Positions 1-13,093 of a DNA stretch of 64,000 bases are shown piece by piece. A program made the position numbers and the translations under genes. The stretch lies in NCBI GenBank assembly GCA_036172245.1, contig JAYWIR010000002.1, forward strand, positions 1,426,001 to 1,490,000. The letters run 5' to 3'. The notes beneath the pieces were generated by a model. That model was not told the DNA's origin. It saw nothing but the letters and a program-made list of their open reading frames with translations, and did no database searches. The DNA is from Raillietiella orientalis (Eukaryota). Position 1 is the first letter of the stretch; each line of letters opens with the position of its first letter.

Positions 1-1640
1 ATGGGGGAAAAAACAAAAAGAAAAATGAAACAAAAATTAAATAAAAAAATACTCTGAAGTGCCAGGAAGGGATCACTGTCCGCTTGAAGGAGTGTCCATC
101 CTTTGCAGGATGCCGTCGAGGTCCATCTTCCCAGGTGGGGCCATCTGGTGGCAATCCACAGGAAGCGAGCTGCGAATTCGATGACGTCCCTTTCGCTGCT
201 TCCTCCGTTGCCTTCGCTCCACTCAGCCACAATCCCTCGGATGCAACAAAATGCAACCAGATCTGCAGCTGGTTTCAGGGCTTCCCGCACAAAGAGAAGC
301 CTTAGAACGTCCCTAGGGGGTTGCCAACCGGGATCCGTAGGGTCGCCGAAAAACGTTCTCAAAGGGGCCGGAGGGCAACGCAGTCCACTAACAGATGCGA
401 GGGATTCCCGTTCCTCGCACCTGGCACAGTTCGGGTTCACCCTCCCCAGCGTCCAGTGGTCGCGGAGCACATTGCAGGGAAGACCCCAGTGCAACAGCAC
501 AAGCGCCGTTTCCTGCCACTTTAGGAGGATGATCCTCGTTTCTTTCAACACTGGGGACCACTTTAGGTCATCCGTCAGGATGCCGAGCAGTTCTCCCCAT
601 CTCTGCAGTCCTCGTGGAAGGATGCTCAGGATGGATCGTGGCGTCCGCCAGCTGTCCCATGGTCCAACCACTCAACTTCTGCTCTTTGTCTGCTATCCGA
701 CAGGAGACTCGTCACCTCGGGGTCCGGCTGCTGCCAAGTGCCCTCCTTAGGAAGGCATCGCCGTAGCTAGAGAGGTCGTCTCTGTCCACGTGCTCCTGGC
801 GAGACAATCCAGTATGCTCCGCAGAGAGCAGTGGGCCTAGTTGCCGAGTCCCAAGCAGTTCCATCTCTCACTTCTTGGCTCGTTGAGTGTCGCCCACGTG
901 CCAACTGTTTCCTCTAGCCATGCGCTAGAGTTGACGGGGCTGCATACCATCCAGCCGTTCTCCTTGGCCAGTGTAGCAATGAGTCCGAGAAGGAGGCCGC
1001 ATCTACAAATCTTCCGGTCGGGGCACAAAAGATGAGACGCAGTCCTTCAGAGAAGGGGGGCAGGAAGGAGAGGTGCGGAATCGTCTGGCTTTCCAGGTCT
1101 GCCGCTTCAGGCTACCGCTGGCGGGAAAAAGAACCGAACGCCCCCCTCCCATCCTTCAGTCTACTTTCTTTCCCCAAACTCTGCTGTCCTTCCGGTCCAA
1201 CCAACGGATCGAGTTGAGTCCACCGGTCCTGCTGATGCAGACCTCTGAGGAGCGCTCCGCTCTCCCCGTTAGTCGACCAGGAGCGGGGCGTGAAAGGAGG
1301 ATGAGGAGCAGAAAGGCCCCGTGGCGCAGACGGTGTGGAATGCGGACCGAGTGGGCTGAAGCAGCAGCCAAATCAGCAGTGGCCCGCGCAAGAACTCCTC
1401 CTGAGGAGCAGAACCGGAACCTCATCCACAAGAGCCGGAAGATCGACCACGCGGTCCGAGAAGGCAAAGCCGCAAAGCCCCTCCCAAAGTTCCTGAACCT
1501 CCCGTTCGTTCTTCCTCGTCAGGGCAGGTTTGAGGAGCCTCGCCGTCTTGGCGCCAGAGGACGTCAGTCCGGGCGGCGGAGGCTGGCAGGCAGGCCGGCA
1601 GGAGTTCGTACGCAGGACCGGGTCCACAGACCAGGAGTCA
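1..1640 (-). mobile_element. Decayed L1/Tx1-like non-LTR retrotransposon: ORF2 C-terminal part plus start of 3' UTR (3' end lies outside the window; 5' boundary approximate)
   Basis: Frameshifted minus-strand translation gives GAKTARLLKPALTRK..GGSG, KWQETALVLLHWGLPCNVLRDHWTL and VNPNCARCEERESL (zf-RVT-like). It ends DLDGILQRMDTPSSGQ* (TGA at 73-75), followed by a T-rich UTR that aligns with 6565-6848 and 10740-10870. Confidence 0.75.
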
Positions 1641-2365
1641 GCTGGTCTTTGCAGGGGTCGGAACAGCGAGTAAGGGGAGAGGACGGACACCGGAGACGGC
1701 ACTGTTGCCTGCTGCTGCAAGAGCTGGGAAGAGAGCCGTATCCATCCATGCAGAGTCGGGAGGAGCGCGCGCGGACGTCCTTTCAGAAGAGCGAGGCATC
1801 CCTGGAGAGACGGAAAAGAAACTCCGGAGAAGGGGAGGGAGGAGAGATGAGCCCACTTCTCTCCGTTTCCTCTCTCTTTTCCAGCTTCCCCTTCGCACCT
1901 TCCCGGCCGACCAGCGAGCGTGGCATGTGTCGTCATCGCTTGGATGAGTCCTGCGAGACTCCTGCACGGGGCGTGGGCTCTCGAAGCACTCTTGGACGGA
2001 AGCAGAGGGCCGGGAATCGCCCCTGCGCTCTTGCAGAAGTCCACAGCTCTGGTTCTGGTGCTCCGGAAAGCGGAGTGCTGGAGAACCTTCCATCCCTTCC
2101 CCTCCCTCCAGTTCCCTCGACAACCGCGCGCCGCGCCGGGCGCTGCTGACCGGGAAGCGGAAGCCTCTGCGGCGAGCACCAGAAACGCCCCCGTGGAGCG
2201 AGCGCGGTCGTGTTGCCCGCGTGTCAGGGAGAGGTCGGCGTACGCGCAGCCGACTTCACTTTCAGGGTTTCCTCTTTTTTGTTGGTTCGCTGAGCACCTG
2301 TCGCTAAGCAGTCGCGCCCCTGGTGCCTGCTCACGCAGCTCTTTTACTCTGTTCCACGCGTACGA

Positions 2366-2971
2366 CTCTTCAAGATAGAGGGTACCCCGGGAGGGGACCA
2401 TCCTATAATCCAGGAAGGATTCCAGAGAAGAGAGTCCGATCCTCCCACTCCTGGGAACCCTCCACCCTGGCCGTCTCCGAAGGGAACTCTGAAGGGAGCC
2501 TTCTTCCTTATTCTCGCCGGAGGGAGTTTCGGAGAGGTCCGCTCCATTTTACTTCTCCGAAGGGAACCGCTCCTCGTTTCCTCCTCTGAAGAGAATCCCG
2601 AAGGGATGCTTCCTAATCTTCTCAGAAGGACGCTCCCCGGAGGGAGTGACACGCTTCTCTGCACTCTGGAGAGATGACACACCTACTCCATGGTACGAAA
2701 CGGAGGGGAACACCCACTCCTTAGTTCTGTTTCCTGGAAGGGTCTAGAGATCGTACCCCAATCCCGGCCGTTCATGGGGACATCCGGTTTGAACCGCTCG
2801 CTACTAGTGCCGCACCCGAATGAATAGAGGCCGACCAACGTCATTTTGCAGGAGGAACTCGAACCCACGACGCACCCCCATCTCGCCGCCGATTCTTTCC
2901 GAGCATTCGAACCCGCGACCGTTGGTGCCACGCGCGGGGACCATGACTATGTGGTCTCGCTTTCACGTAGG
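2366..2971 (-). mobile_element. tRNA-derived SINE, copy A
   Basis: Aligns over about 600 bp with 6446-7382 and 33186-33770. The minus-strand head has B boxes GGTTCGAATGCT (2902-2913) and GGTTCGAGTTCC (2854-2865). Shared 3' end ...CTTGAAGA. Confidence 0.75.
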
Positions 2972-5829
2972 GAGAGGGGTAGGCAGCGGTCCTCAGGGCA
3001 ACTCGGATTACGAAGCCGAACCCCGAAATGCTAGCAGAGGCTTTTTGAAATGGGAATCAGAAGAGGGGAAAATTCCAGCTGACCGGCAAGGGAACGGGCC
3101 CTTGGCGAGAAGAGGGAGAGGGAGAAAAGGAGTAAGAGTGGGCCAGGTAAGCGAGGTCCAAACTTCCTTGGGGGCGGCTCGATTGGAGGCTTCCGTGTGC
3201 ATTCATCTGCACCTCGCATGATGGGTTCCTCCTGCACCAGGTGGTCCAGCAGACGCTCCTTTTGAGGCGATGGAACCGGAGAATTACTACATACGGGTAT
3301 CGGGTTGCCGCTGCCGTCCTGTGCGTGCCACGGAAGGGTACGCGAGGCGCCTTGCCCCCCCTCCCCCCCTCACGAGCACTTGGGGCATCCCTCTCCTGGA
3401 CCTGAAACACCCGGGAGGAGAGGCGAAGATAGTCACGGAGGATGCCGTCAGGAGAGACGGAGACGCCACGCTGGCAGTGCCATCTGGGGAAGCAGTCGAA
3501 GTCTTCGCTTGGTCCGCGGCCACGACACGACCACAGGGGATCGGGACGAAGGATGTGCTACGGAATGAAGCCGACTCTGCCGAGGGCACACCTTGGCCGC
3601 TAGGATACTACAAGTGCTGTCGCCTCCTCCTGAGGGCATTCTACGTTACGTCCCGGCCTCTGTCACTCGAGGTGCTACCAAAGCAAAAGAAGCAGCATCG
3701 TCGGCACCAGGAGTCAAGAACGGAGGAGGCGTCCAGAAACGGTTTTTTAGGGTCGAAAGGAGCCTCCGCGGAGGGATCGGCGTACACCGAGGAGCACCAG
3801 GTGCAGGATCAGTCGCGTTCTTCTGATTGCAAGAAGGGGAGGTAGGGGGTCGCGAGGAAGAACTTGATTGTAGCGACTCCCTCCGAATAGATGCCTCATC
3901 CTGCCGACCGCCTTCTCCTGAGACTCCTTCCTCCACTCCCATCCAGAGGAACCTCTCCGTGTTTCTGGAACCGCGGGGTCGGTCTGACCCCTAGCAAGGA
4001 AGCGTCTTCCTTTGGTGTGCGTGGATGGAGAACAGTCAGCTTCACTTTCGTAGTTCATCCCGAGGGCCTTTCACGAGGTAGTTTCCTCCTTGGAGCCGAG
4101 GTTGAACCTCTTCTTCCTTCCTTTCCACTTTCCGGAGACGCCTTCCAGGTTCCTGTCTCCGCATCTTGCCAGAGGCGTTCTCCCAGTCGGAGAATCTCCT
4201 CTTCCTCCGCCATTTCCCTCGACGGGCGCGGCCATTCAGACGGCTGGACTTCTGTGTCCGTCTCAAAGATCCCCTGAACCTCAGTGAGGTACCCAAAACC
4301 GGACATGATGGCTTGTCTGCACGAGTTGGGCCATCATATCTTGGCAGGCCCCACCGCGTCGTGGGTTTGATTAGGCATCTTCGGCATGTTGTGTGGGACA
4401 TATCCCGACGACCTCTCCCAGCGTTCAATTTTGTCAAAAGAAAGGCGCCAGGAAACGCCCCCAGCCTCCCTCGTCTTCGCTCTGCGTGAGGCAAGAGTTG
4501 CTATGAACTGGGATGATGTTCCCTGTTGGTGCCAAGATCCTTCTCACAGATCCAGAAGTGCCTCTTCGGACCGGCTTCTTGGCGTTCCATGGAACGTCAC
4601 GGAGGGGTCCGGTGGTCCCCGACTCTCAGTTGCCAGCGGGCTCACTTTGGCACCTACTCTCGCTTCTTCCGTGGGCTCCCCTTCCTCCTCTTCTTCCTTC
4701 GTGAGGTAACTCCTCTCTTCTCTTTGATTGTGGGCGATCCTCTCCTTGAGTCTTACCCGTCAGGACACCTGGATCGTTCCGTGAGGGAATTCTCTCATCC
4801 CATCGCACGAAGACCGTTTGCTCTCGTAGCATCTGCGACGACAAAAACGCAGCGCTTTTCCCCCTTCATTTCTTGATTTCATCTCAGGAGACAGGAATCG
4901 GTTCAGAGATCTTTGAATCGGGATCTCCAACAGAGAGATGGACGGATCAGCTTTCGTACAAACGAGCCCTGCCATTTTTTTTACCTAGCACTTTTAGACT
5001 GACTTCGATTTCAGGAAGCACATCCGATACCAGTGGCCAGCGCTGCCGAGGGCCGACATCCACCGAATGACCAACAGTCGAAAATCCATGTGAATTTTAT
5101 TTGTACTTCCTTCCCCGCCCCTGCACCTTCGCTGACAGGCTCCCGCGTCACCTTCCGTCTAGGTCTTCTTCTCCTGGGAGTAGCGCTTGGACATCGGAAT
5201 GCGCATTCGAAATGGGTCCTTGGGGCACTCTCCCAAGAGAGAAAGCGATCTCCATTGCCAGCGATTTTTTGCTGTTGCCTCCAGGCACTCGCACTAGCAA
5301 GCCTTGCGACTCTAGAAAAATATCCAGTTCGTTTGAGAGAAACGAACGGTTTGGCAACCCTGCGCCGTTGTTCCATCCCGTTTTCACTATCGTTGTGTCC
5401 GCTGAGCAGGCTCGGTGGCCAGCCGCTGACGACCGCAAACGTGAGGTGGCTCAGGCGGCTCGTTTTCCCTTCTTCGAAAACAGTCCAGCCAGCTGATTTG
5501 GGCTTTCGGGTTTGTCCAGACAAGCTCAGTGATATGACCATCCATTCACCTGACCAAGGTGGAAGCAATTGCCATGTGCTCTCGCCATCAAATCTCGGGA
5601 TGCGCCCTTTCGGAGGTGACCTTCGAAGCAGTTCTTTTCTTTCGTACCGATGGCTCTCTGCTCGCGCAGCAGCAGCAACAGCAGCAGGGTTTCCATGGGC
5701 TCTTGGTTGCCTGACCGCGCCACGGTCGCAAAAAAAAATTGGAGCAGCAGAAGCGAAGCCTCTCTCAGCAGCGCTCCCAACAGTGGCAAGAAGTTGAAGC
5801 TCAGTGGCAAGGCCATCAAATCTGGGCAA

Positions 5830-5872
5830 AGTGCGGACCCCTCATTCCAGGGGAACCCTCCTCGTGTACGGA
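5830..5872 (+). repeat. Short fragment of the SINE body in opposite orientation
   Basis: GCGGACCCCTCATTCCAGGGGAACCCTCCTCGTGTAC is a near reverse complement of about 7077-7113. Confidence 0.55.
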
Positions 5873-6445
5873 CTTGGAAGGTTGCCTTCCGTCCGCAACC
5901 GTCCACCGTAATGCCTCCTGATTACCTCTCGCCAAAGTGCCCGAAAGATTCGGACCGACCTTGCATCCCCACATGATCCGAAAGTGCGAGCGCGTAGCCG
6001 CGGGACGTGTGGCTCTGTCAGGGTGAAAAGGCTCTTGCGTTACACTGCAAGACTCGGCAAACTCTTTGCTTCCTCGCCATGACTCCAACGGGCTTTCGTT
6101 GGGTACTCATCACGGTCGTCACACAAGATCCGTGCATCCGTGCACTTTCAACGAGAGCGAATCATCTCCGTGTCAACAGGTGCTTGTGTTTAGCCGACCG
6201 CACGCGTGGAACCGATGGACGACGAACTGTCCTCTCCTGGAAACACCACGAAAGTGGCAATCTCCTTCAGTGAACGAATCCCATAATGGGTGTGTGAAGT
6301 GACTTATCATTGTACGTATGATGCAATGTACATTATGCTCTTTGTGTACGTAATTGCATTTCAGGTGACTCGGTGAAAGCGGACTGCTCGTGGGGGACTG
6401 CGGATTCCACGTTGGAGATTGAAAGTTGAAGATTTAAGGGTTAAT

Positions 6446-7382
6446 TCTTCAAGATAAGAATACCCAGGGAGAGGTCCTCCCTATGAATCCAGGAAGGACT
6501 CGGAGTCCGTTCCTCTCACGCCTGGGGAGGGGTTCCCCGGAATGGAGATCACCTCCACCCTGGTCCCATCTGGGAGCTATGACGACGGACCTCGAGGGCA
6601 TCCTGGAAAGGATGGTCTCTTCCTCCAGTGGGCTGTGATCCCTTCCCGGCCCTCCAAATAGTTTCTTTTTGTTTATTTCATTTATTTTTCTTTTTGTTTT
6701 ACCCCCTATCCCCTCTGCTGCCAAGGAGAGACAAGCCGGCCTCAGAACCGGCTTCCTGGCAGGTCCCATGAAATATTGGCCGTAGCGGGGCCTAGTACCG
6801 CAAATGTAAAGTGTTTAGTAATAAACGCCCCGGCGTGACCGGGTGAAAACCTCCACCCTGGTTGTCTCCGAAGGGGAATACCCTTATCGCCTTCCTTATT
6901 CTCTCTGGAGGGACTTCCGGAGGGGTCCTCTCCATTTTTTCTTCTCTAGTAGAAACCCGCAAGGGAACCTCTCCCTGTTTACTCCTCTGAAGAAAACCCC
7001 GAAGGGACGCTTCCGAACTTCAGAAGGGCTCGCTTCTCTGCACTTCTGGAGAGGTGGCTACACACCTACTCCATCAGTACACGAGGAGGGTTCCGCTGGA
7101 ATGGGGGGTCCGCTCCTTGGTACAACTGGAGTGAAAGAACTCCCACTCCTTGATTCCTGGAAGGACCCTAAGATCGAATCCCATTGCCCCGGCCCTCATC
7201 GGAAGCATTCGGTTTGCACCGCTACCAATGCCGCACCCGAATAAATGGTGCCAACCAGAGTCATCTTGCAGGAGGAACTCGAACCCACGACTCACTGCGT
7301 CGATTCATTTCGGAGTATTCGAACCCGCAACGCTTGGTAATGCCACGGGAGGAGACCGTGACCACGTGGCCTACGACGCAGG
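6446..7382 (-). mobile_element. tRNA-derived SINE, copy B, interrupted by a LINE fragment at 6565-6848
   Basis: Head reads GCGTCGTAGGCCACGTGGTCACGGTCTCC...GCGGGTTCGAATACTCC...GGGTTCGAGTTCC. The body is collinear with copies A and C once the insertion is removed. Confidence 0.75.
6565..6848 (+). mobile_element. 5'-truncated L1/Tx1-like LINE 3' end (284 bp) with 14-bp TSD
   Basis: ACCTCCACCCTGGT occurs at both 6551-6564 and 6849-6862. The insert encodes DLEGILERMVSSSSGL*, has a T-rich UTR and ends AATAAACGCCCCGGCGTGACCGGGTGAAA. Confidence 0.85.
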
Positions 7383-9871
7383 CTCAGCAGCTGATACTCT
7401 TCCTGCCCCCTGCCAGTCACATTCCTTTTGTTTCTCTCCTCGAGAATGGCAGTGGCAATCCACGTAAAGCCGTCCAATGGGAACCGAGGATGGGAATGGG
7501 AATGCTGGTGTTTCCACTCTGCATCTTTCCCCCCCCGAGCGAAGCGGAAGGGTGGGGCGAGGGAGTCTGATAATCGGCAATGCGAGAGGATCGAGGTGCT
7601 TCTTGCGCTTACCTCCTTCCTTGGGCCCGCAACAGGGGGAAACTTTTTCGTTTCCTGTCGTCGACTCGATCGCGTGCTCGAAGCGACCACACTGATCCCG
7701 GATCGAGGGTCCCGGATCGAAGCCACGTCCTCGAGTCCTGGGCTGGCATTCCCGGACGGGGCAGCGGCGACCGCAGCCACGGAGACGGACCTCGGCGTGT
7801 GAAGTGCCGCAAGGTCTCTCGGGAAGGACGGACGATACCCAACTTGTCCAGAATGACGTCCCCTCTTCCCCTTCCTTTTCCTCTTCTCCCCCTCGTCGCG
7901 AAGCAAGAAGGCGCGCTAGTTCACGCCAGGGGCGTGCGGAAAACCAAGGGGCGCCTCATTTCTCCTCCCAAGATGCGGATGCAAATCTGAAAATGGGGGG
8001 AGAAGAAGAGGAAAATGTTCGGAGAAGGGAGAAGAAAGGACCCGCATCCTCAGCCATGAGAAGAGGTAGCCACAGAGACCCTGTTTCCCTTACGGTTCCC
8101 ACCATGGAGTCATCTTGTAGTTCTGCTTGCCATCCCCCCGCGGTAATCGTCTGCGGGTCATCCGAAGAAACCAAAACGAGGCTGTCGTGGAGAGCTGAGA
8201 GCAGAGATTACCCACGATGCCTCGAAGGCGGGAGCGTCGCCAGGGAGAAGCTCCCGGAGTTGCGAAGGCGATTTTCAGTGGATATGCCCCGAAGGAAACT
8301 GCAGAAAGACGGGCAAACAGGACCTTGTGCCAGGGAGCGGAGGGTGCGGCTAGGGATACGGGGAAAGATGAGAGCGGGAGCGCTGACGTGGCTGGAATGT
8401 CTGCGCCTCCAAGTCTCCCAGGCGGAGTCGCGTTTCCTCCAGGAAGGGGAGTGCGGCGCGCGCAGCGTCCGTCTCGGAGGAGGTCCGCGCATTCACGGGG
8501 GACCCTATGACGCGGGAAAGGTAGGAGTCTCCCAAACCTCCCCTCTCCTTCCCTCAGAAGCGAGTCCACAACCCCAGGAGGGTCGTCCCGCCGAGAAGGC
8601 TGGAAAGAGAAGGGGGAGGGAGATCTCTCCCTCAGGTGCAGCTCCGAAGGGAGGGAGGAAAAAACGATGCTCGGGGGAAAAGAATGCCGAGGGGGTCGAC
8701 CCTCAGAATCGAGAAGATGGTTCCACACGCTGCCAGGGACGTCCTCCAGTCCTGGCTACGCCGCCAAGGATCGACTCTTGAGGGAGACGGAGAGCCCATT
8801 CCGTCCAGGAACCACCAGAAGGGATCGAAGACACGCGAGGAACAGAGAGGCTCCCGGGGAGAAAATCACTCATTCCCTCCGGGGGGGATTCCTTGTCGAG
8901 GATGCTTGTCTTATCCCGCGGGCGGCAGGAGTCTCCTGCAAGGACACAACCTAAGGTCTTCTCCCTGGTCCCGTTCCTCCCCTCGTCATCCCCCTCATAA
9001 CTGTCCTCGGCCCGCCCACGAGCGCCTCTGAGGCTAACCCTTCCTCCTACAAAGGCATCCCTTTGCCGGGAGCTCCTCCGGGTGGAGCTGAGATGGCAGT
9101 GCGCCCCCTCCCCTTCCACATGGAGTTCTCTCTTCTGGCTCCGCCCCGTCTTCTCCTCGTTCCCGGTTGCGCGACGCGTGCGTCGATCCTCTCGCGCCCT
9201 CTGGCGAAGAAGAAAACGCGACCGTCGCGGGCACGATGGCGATCCAGGGGAAGAGACTCCCTCCCGGGAGAGAGAAAGGGGGGACCAGGGTTCCCGCCGC
9301 AGAGGTGGAGACTCCAGGAGGAAGCGACCCCGTTCTGCCCCCATTGAGTAGGCAGGACCCTCCCAGGCGACCTGGGAGTCTTCTCGCCGCGGTCCACTTT
9401 CGGCACGTTCGAAGGGCAAGAGGGACGTGCCCACGTTGCTGGAAACAAGGTACTCCTCATCCGCCGGAGGGTCGAAAGGGGGAGGTCGCAGCACCTGACC
9501 CGTCCGAATGACTGCGTCAAGTGACAAGTGGACCCTGGTGAGGACGCCTCGGAGCGCTTCCCCCCCCCTGGGGGGCGGGGGGAGTTCCATTCGGTAGGCG
9601 GGCTCTCACTCTGGAACAGGAGAATGCGGGGGAGGGGAAAGACATAGTCCCGCCGCCTCCCCGGGGATGCCTCCGTTCCCGTTTCCCTAACGCACCCGCA
9701 GGTGGGGGGGGGAGTCCTTGCAGCTCCTCTTTCCTCTCCTCCCGTAGTTCCGCCTTTTCCCGCTCTCCCGTCTGTCGCCACCTCTGCCCCTCTGCCAGTG
9801 GGTTCGTTCGGAAAAGGCGGGCGACCGCCAACGCACGAACGGCATGGTGCTCCATCGGGGAAGGGCGCTTG

Positions 9872-11016
9872 CCGAGTCCGTCTTGCGGACTTGTGCGCTC
9901 CGCGTCGGGATGGCGGCCTCGACCTCCTGACGCTGGAGCGGTTGGAGCGTCAGCTCCAGTTCCGAGTAGTTGCCTTCATGACGAAGAATTGGAGCACCCC
10001 CTGGCGCAGCCCTGCACGTCTCCTCGTCGAGTAGGTCACCGGCAATGCGGGACTCTCGTCCTACCTTGCACTCCGAAGGCCCATCTGCCACTGAGGACTA
10101 CAGTTTCGGAGGGCCGCCAAACTCGCGAAGATCAACCCGGGATGGATCTCGATCCGCCCCGCGAACTGTAGTGCCTCGCTCCAGGAAATCGTTCGCTTGT
10201 GGGCGAGGATCAACGAGCAACGCGCGGAACAGGTGCGAAGATTCTCGTTTGCGCGGCACAACTGCACGCTCTGAGAGATCCTGGAGGATCCCCGAAAAAG
10301 AGCGTGGGCAGGAAGAACCTCCCTTGCTGCGGCGCTGCCTTCCCTCAGGGAGCATCTGGGCAGCGACATTGCGGCAGAATGAAGTGAAGCTCCCCATGAA
10401 GTGGCAGCAGGCGGCGCTACTGGTGCTGCATTAGGGTCTCCCATGCAACGCCCGCCGCCACCACTGGACGCGAGGGGGTGTGAACCCAAATTGTGTTAGG
10501 TGCGGGGAGAAGGAATTCTTCCCCCACCTGTTAGTGGACTGTGTTGCCTGCGGCCCCTGTGGGACCGCTTTGCCACAGCCCTAGGAACCCTCGGAGGCAA
10601 CCCCAGAGACGTTATGCGACCCCTCTTCGTCCGAGACGCTCTGCCGCCAGGGCCTCGCTAGCAGTTCTGTGCTTTCCTACGCGGGATCGTCGCTGCAAGG
10701 AGCAAGGCGACGGGAGAACCCCATCTGAAATCCAGTATCCAGCAACAGCTTGCCGGCATCCTCCAGAGGATGTAACGGACCCTCCCAGCAAACTGTGATA
10801 CTTTCCTGCTCTCTTACCAGTTTCGTTTATTTTTTTGTTTTCTTTTTGTTTTTTTGCCCCTTCCCCTCTGCTGCCGGGGTGGACCGCACCAGTCTGCGCA
10901 CCGTGGACCCGGCAGGCTGCCAGCATCTAGGGCGTGGCTGGACCACTGGTCCAGCCACTGAATTTATAAAAAAGTTTGTTTGCAAGAATAAACGCCCCGG
11001 CGCACCCGGGTGTCAA
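9872..11016 (+). mobile_element. 5'-truncated, decayed L1/Tx1-like LINE (1145 bp) with 14-bp TSD
   Basis: GGGAAGGGCGCTTG occurs at both 9858-9871 and 11017-11030. The insert encodes RVRLADLCAPRRDGGLDLL (L1/Tx1 ORF2 motif) and KWQQAALLVLH*GLPCN...VNPNCVRCGEKEFFPHLLVDC (zf-RVT-like), and ends AATAAACGCCCCGGCGCACCCGGGTG. Confidence 0.88.
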
Positions 11017-13093
11017 GGGAAGGGCGCTTGTGCGGAAGTCTCTCGCGTCACACCCAGGAGGCGGTGCAAGGACAGCAGTTTTCCCTCTCTCCCGTCCATG
11101 GCAGGGTGCGCCCCTCAGGGACACCGCGAAACGCGCTCCCTTAGGTGCTCCTGACTCCAGAGGAGAGTCCGTCCTGATGGAGAACCTGGGAACGGTTTCC
11201 CAGGTCACCGGAGGCCGGTAGGGCGCACCTGGAGGGATCAGGGCTCCCCGACCCCGCGGGAGGGAGGGCAGGACCCAGGCGAGCTCGTCCGCAGAGCTTT
11301 CGCAGCCGCGGAGGTCGCAGCTTCTCTACGGCGCCGCTTTTTCCACCGCCCGCCTGGCGCCGAGGAGCAAGCGCGCAAAAGCTGGGGTGGGTGGGGTGGG
11401 AGGAAGAAAGCGAGCGGCAGCCCTTTTCCGAGGCCACTTCTAGGTGGGCTCGGGAACGCGGGATGCGCGTGGCCGGGTGGCGAAAAAGACCCAGACCCCC
11501 CCTTCCCGTGTTCGCTGGACTCAAGGGTCGCAAGGTCGAGACGTGACGCCCCTCAAGCACGTGGGGCGCGGGGAGGGACGGCGTCCGCTCCGTCACGGGC
11601 AGCTCGGCGGGATCGAACGCCGAGCTGCCACCGCCGCTCGCGGGGCCGAGCCCTCGGCAGGAGAAGAGGGCGCGCCGGTGGGCACCGCGTTCCCTCTCGT
11701 CCAGGAACGCAGTGCCCGAGCGCTCTCGTCGCCCCTCTCCGAGCTTTCCAAGGAAACGGGAACAAGGGAAACACGTCCTTTTCGATTCCCCACCCCCACC
11801 CTTCTTGCAGCTTCCCGGATGCAGGGATCCACCCTTGCAAAGTTCCCTCCCCTTTCCCACCCCCTCCCGACCCACGGACGAGCGCTCTGCTGGTCTCGCA
11901 GCAGGAGGAAACGTCGGAAGAACCTGGATTTGCTTGTTCCCCTTCCGAAAAAGTTCCCCACGGAGGGAACGCCCCTCCCGAGGGGAATTTCGCGAAGAGT
12001 CGCCGTTCAAAGCCCGAGGAGATTCCCCCCCCACACACACACATCCCTGACTCGTCAGGACGCAGACGACCTCTTCTCCCGCCGACAGTTGCCCCTCTTC
12101 GACACCTGGGGGAGCTCCCCCCCCGTCCGAACGCCGCCGCACTTGCCGTCTCCCCGGCGAGACTTTTCCGAACCCCGTCGGCTGGGTCTGACGGCGGCGC
12201 CACTGCGCGCCAGGAGCGGTGGAACGACACGGCATGCGCCGCCATGCGGGCGCTGCCGAAACCAAAAGCGGGAGTGGAGGTGGCGCGCACTCGGCTGTTT
12301 TTTATTGGAGCAGCAAACCCCGCGGGAGGTTCCACCAGCCCAGCCTCGCCGCCTCGGGGTCCCTCACGGCGGGGGCGCCACAGCACCCTCCGAGAGAGGG
12401 TCGAGACCTACGGCCTCACCGGGGAAGGAAGGAAACAAAGGCATCCCGAAGGTGCTGCTACGCGCGTTCTTCCCTCCCTCCCTCCCTCTCTGCGCAGAAG
12501 GAGAGTCTCGGAAGCTGCACGCATGCCCCGAGGAGCTGCACCTATGGAGCTGAGGCCAGCGGAGCGCGCACCGCCGGCTCCGCATCCTCAAGCAGCGCCG
12601 TCTCGGGATCCCCTCTTGGCTTCCCTCCTCCCTCGCGGCGGGAAAAAGACTGCGCGGTACTTTCCCTATCCTCGAAGAGGGGGGTCAGGTCATGAGGTGC
12701 ATAGGGAATCTCCGGTCGCGAGTCCCCGCCTGCGACAGCCCGTGGGGCGTGGAGGGAGGCTTCAGCGGAGGTTCAGAGCAGAGGAGAACGGCAAACAGCT
12801 GGGCAGTCCGCAGGCTGCGTCAGGAAGGAGAGGGACGACGGGAGAACGGGTGACATCGGGGGGTGACCGTCGGAGGGCAGTCCTCCCCATGCAGCAAGGG
12901 GCCAGAAGGGAAGGGCCGCAAGCAGTATCCAGCCTATCCGTCGCGAAGCCAGAAGCAGGAGTCCAGGAGTCGACTGGGAACGGGGGGAATCTGCCGCCTC
13001 CATCATGAGGGCTCGGAGGGGTGCCCTCCAAACGTTTTCTCCCCAGGAGGAGCGTCTCTTCCACATTCGCCCCGAGGTCCCTTCTTCACCTCG

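Noticed and set aside
5011-5829. Overlapping 272-aa (-) and 254-aa (+) ORFs
   Set aside because: No family recognised and no consistent splice model; I could not decide on a coding strand.
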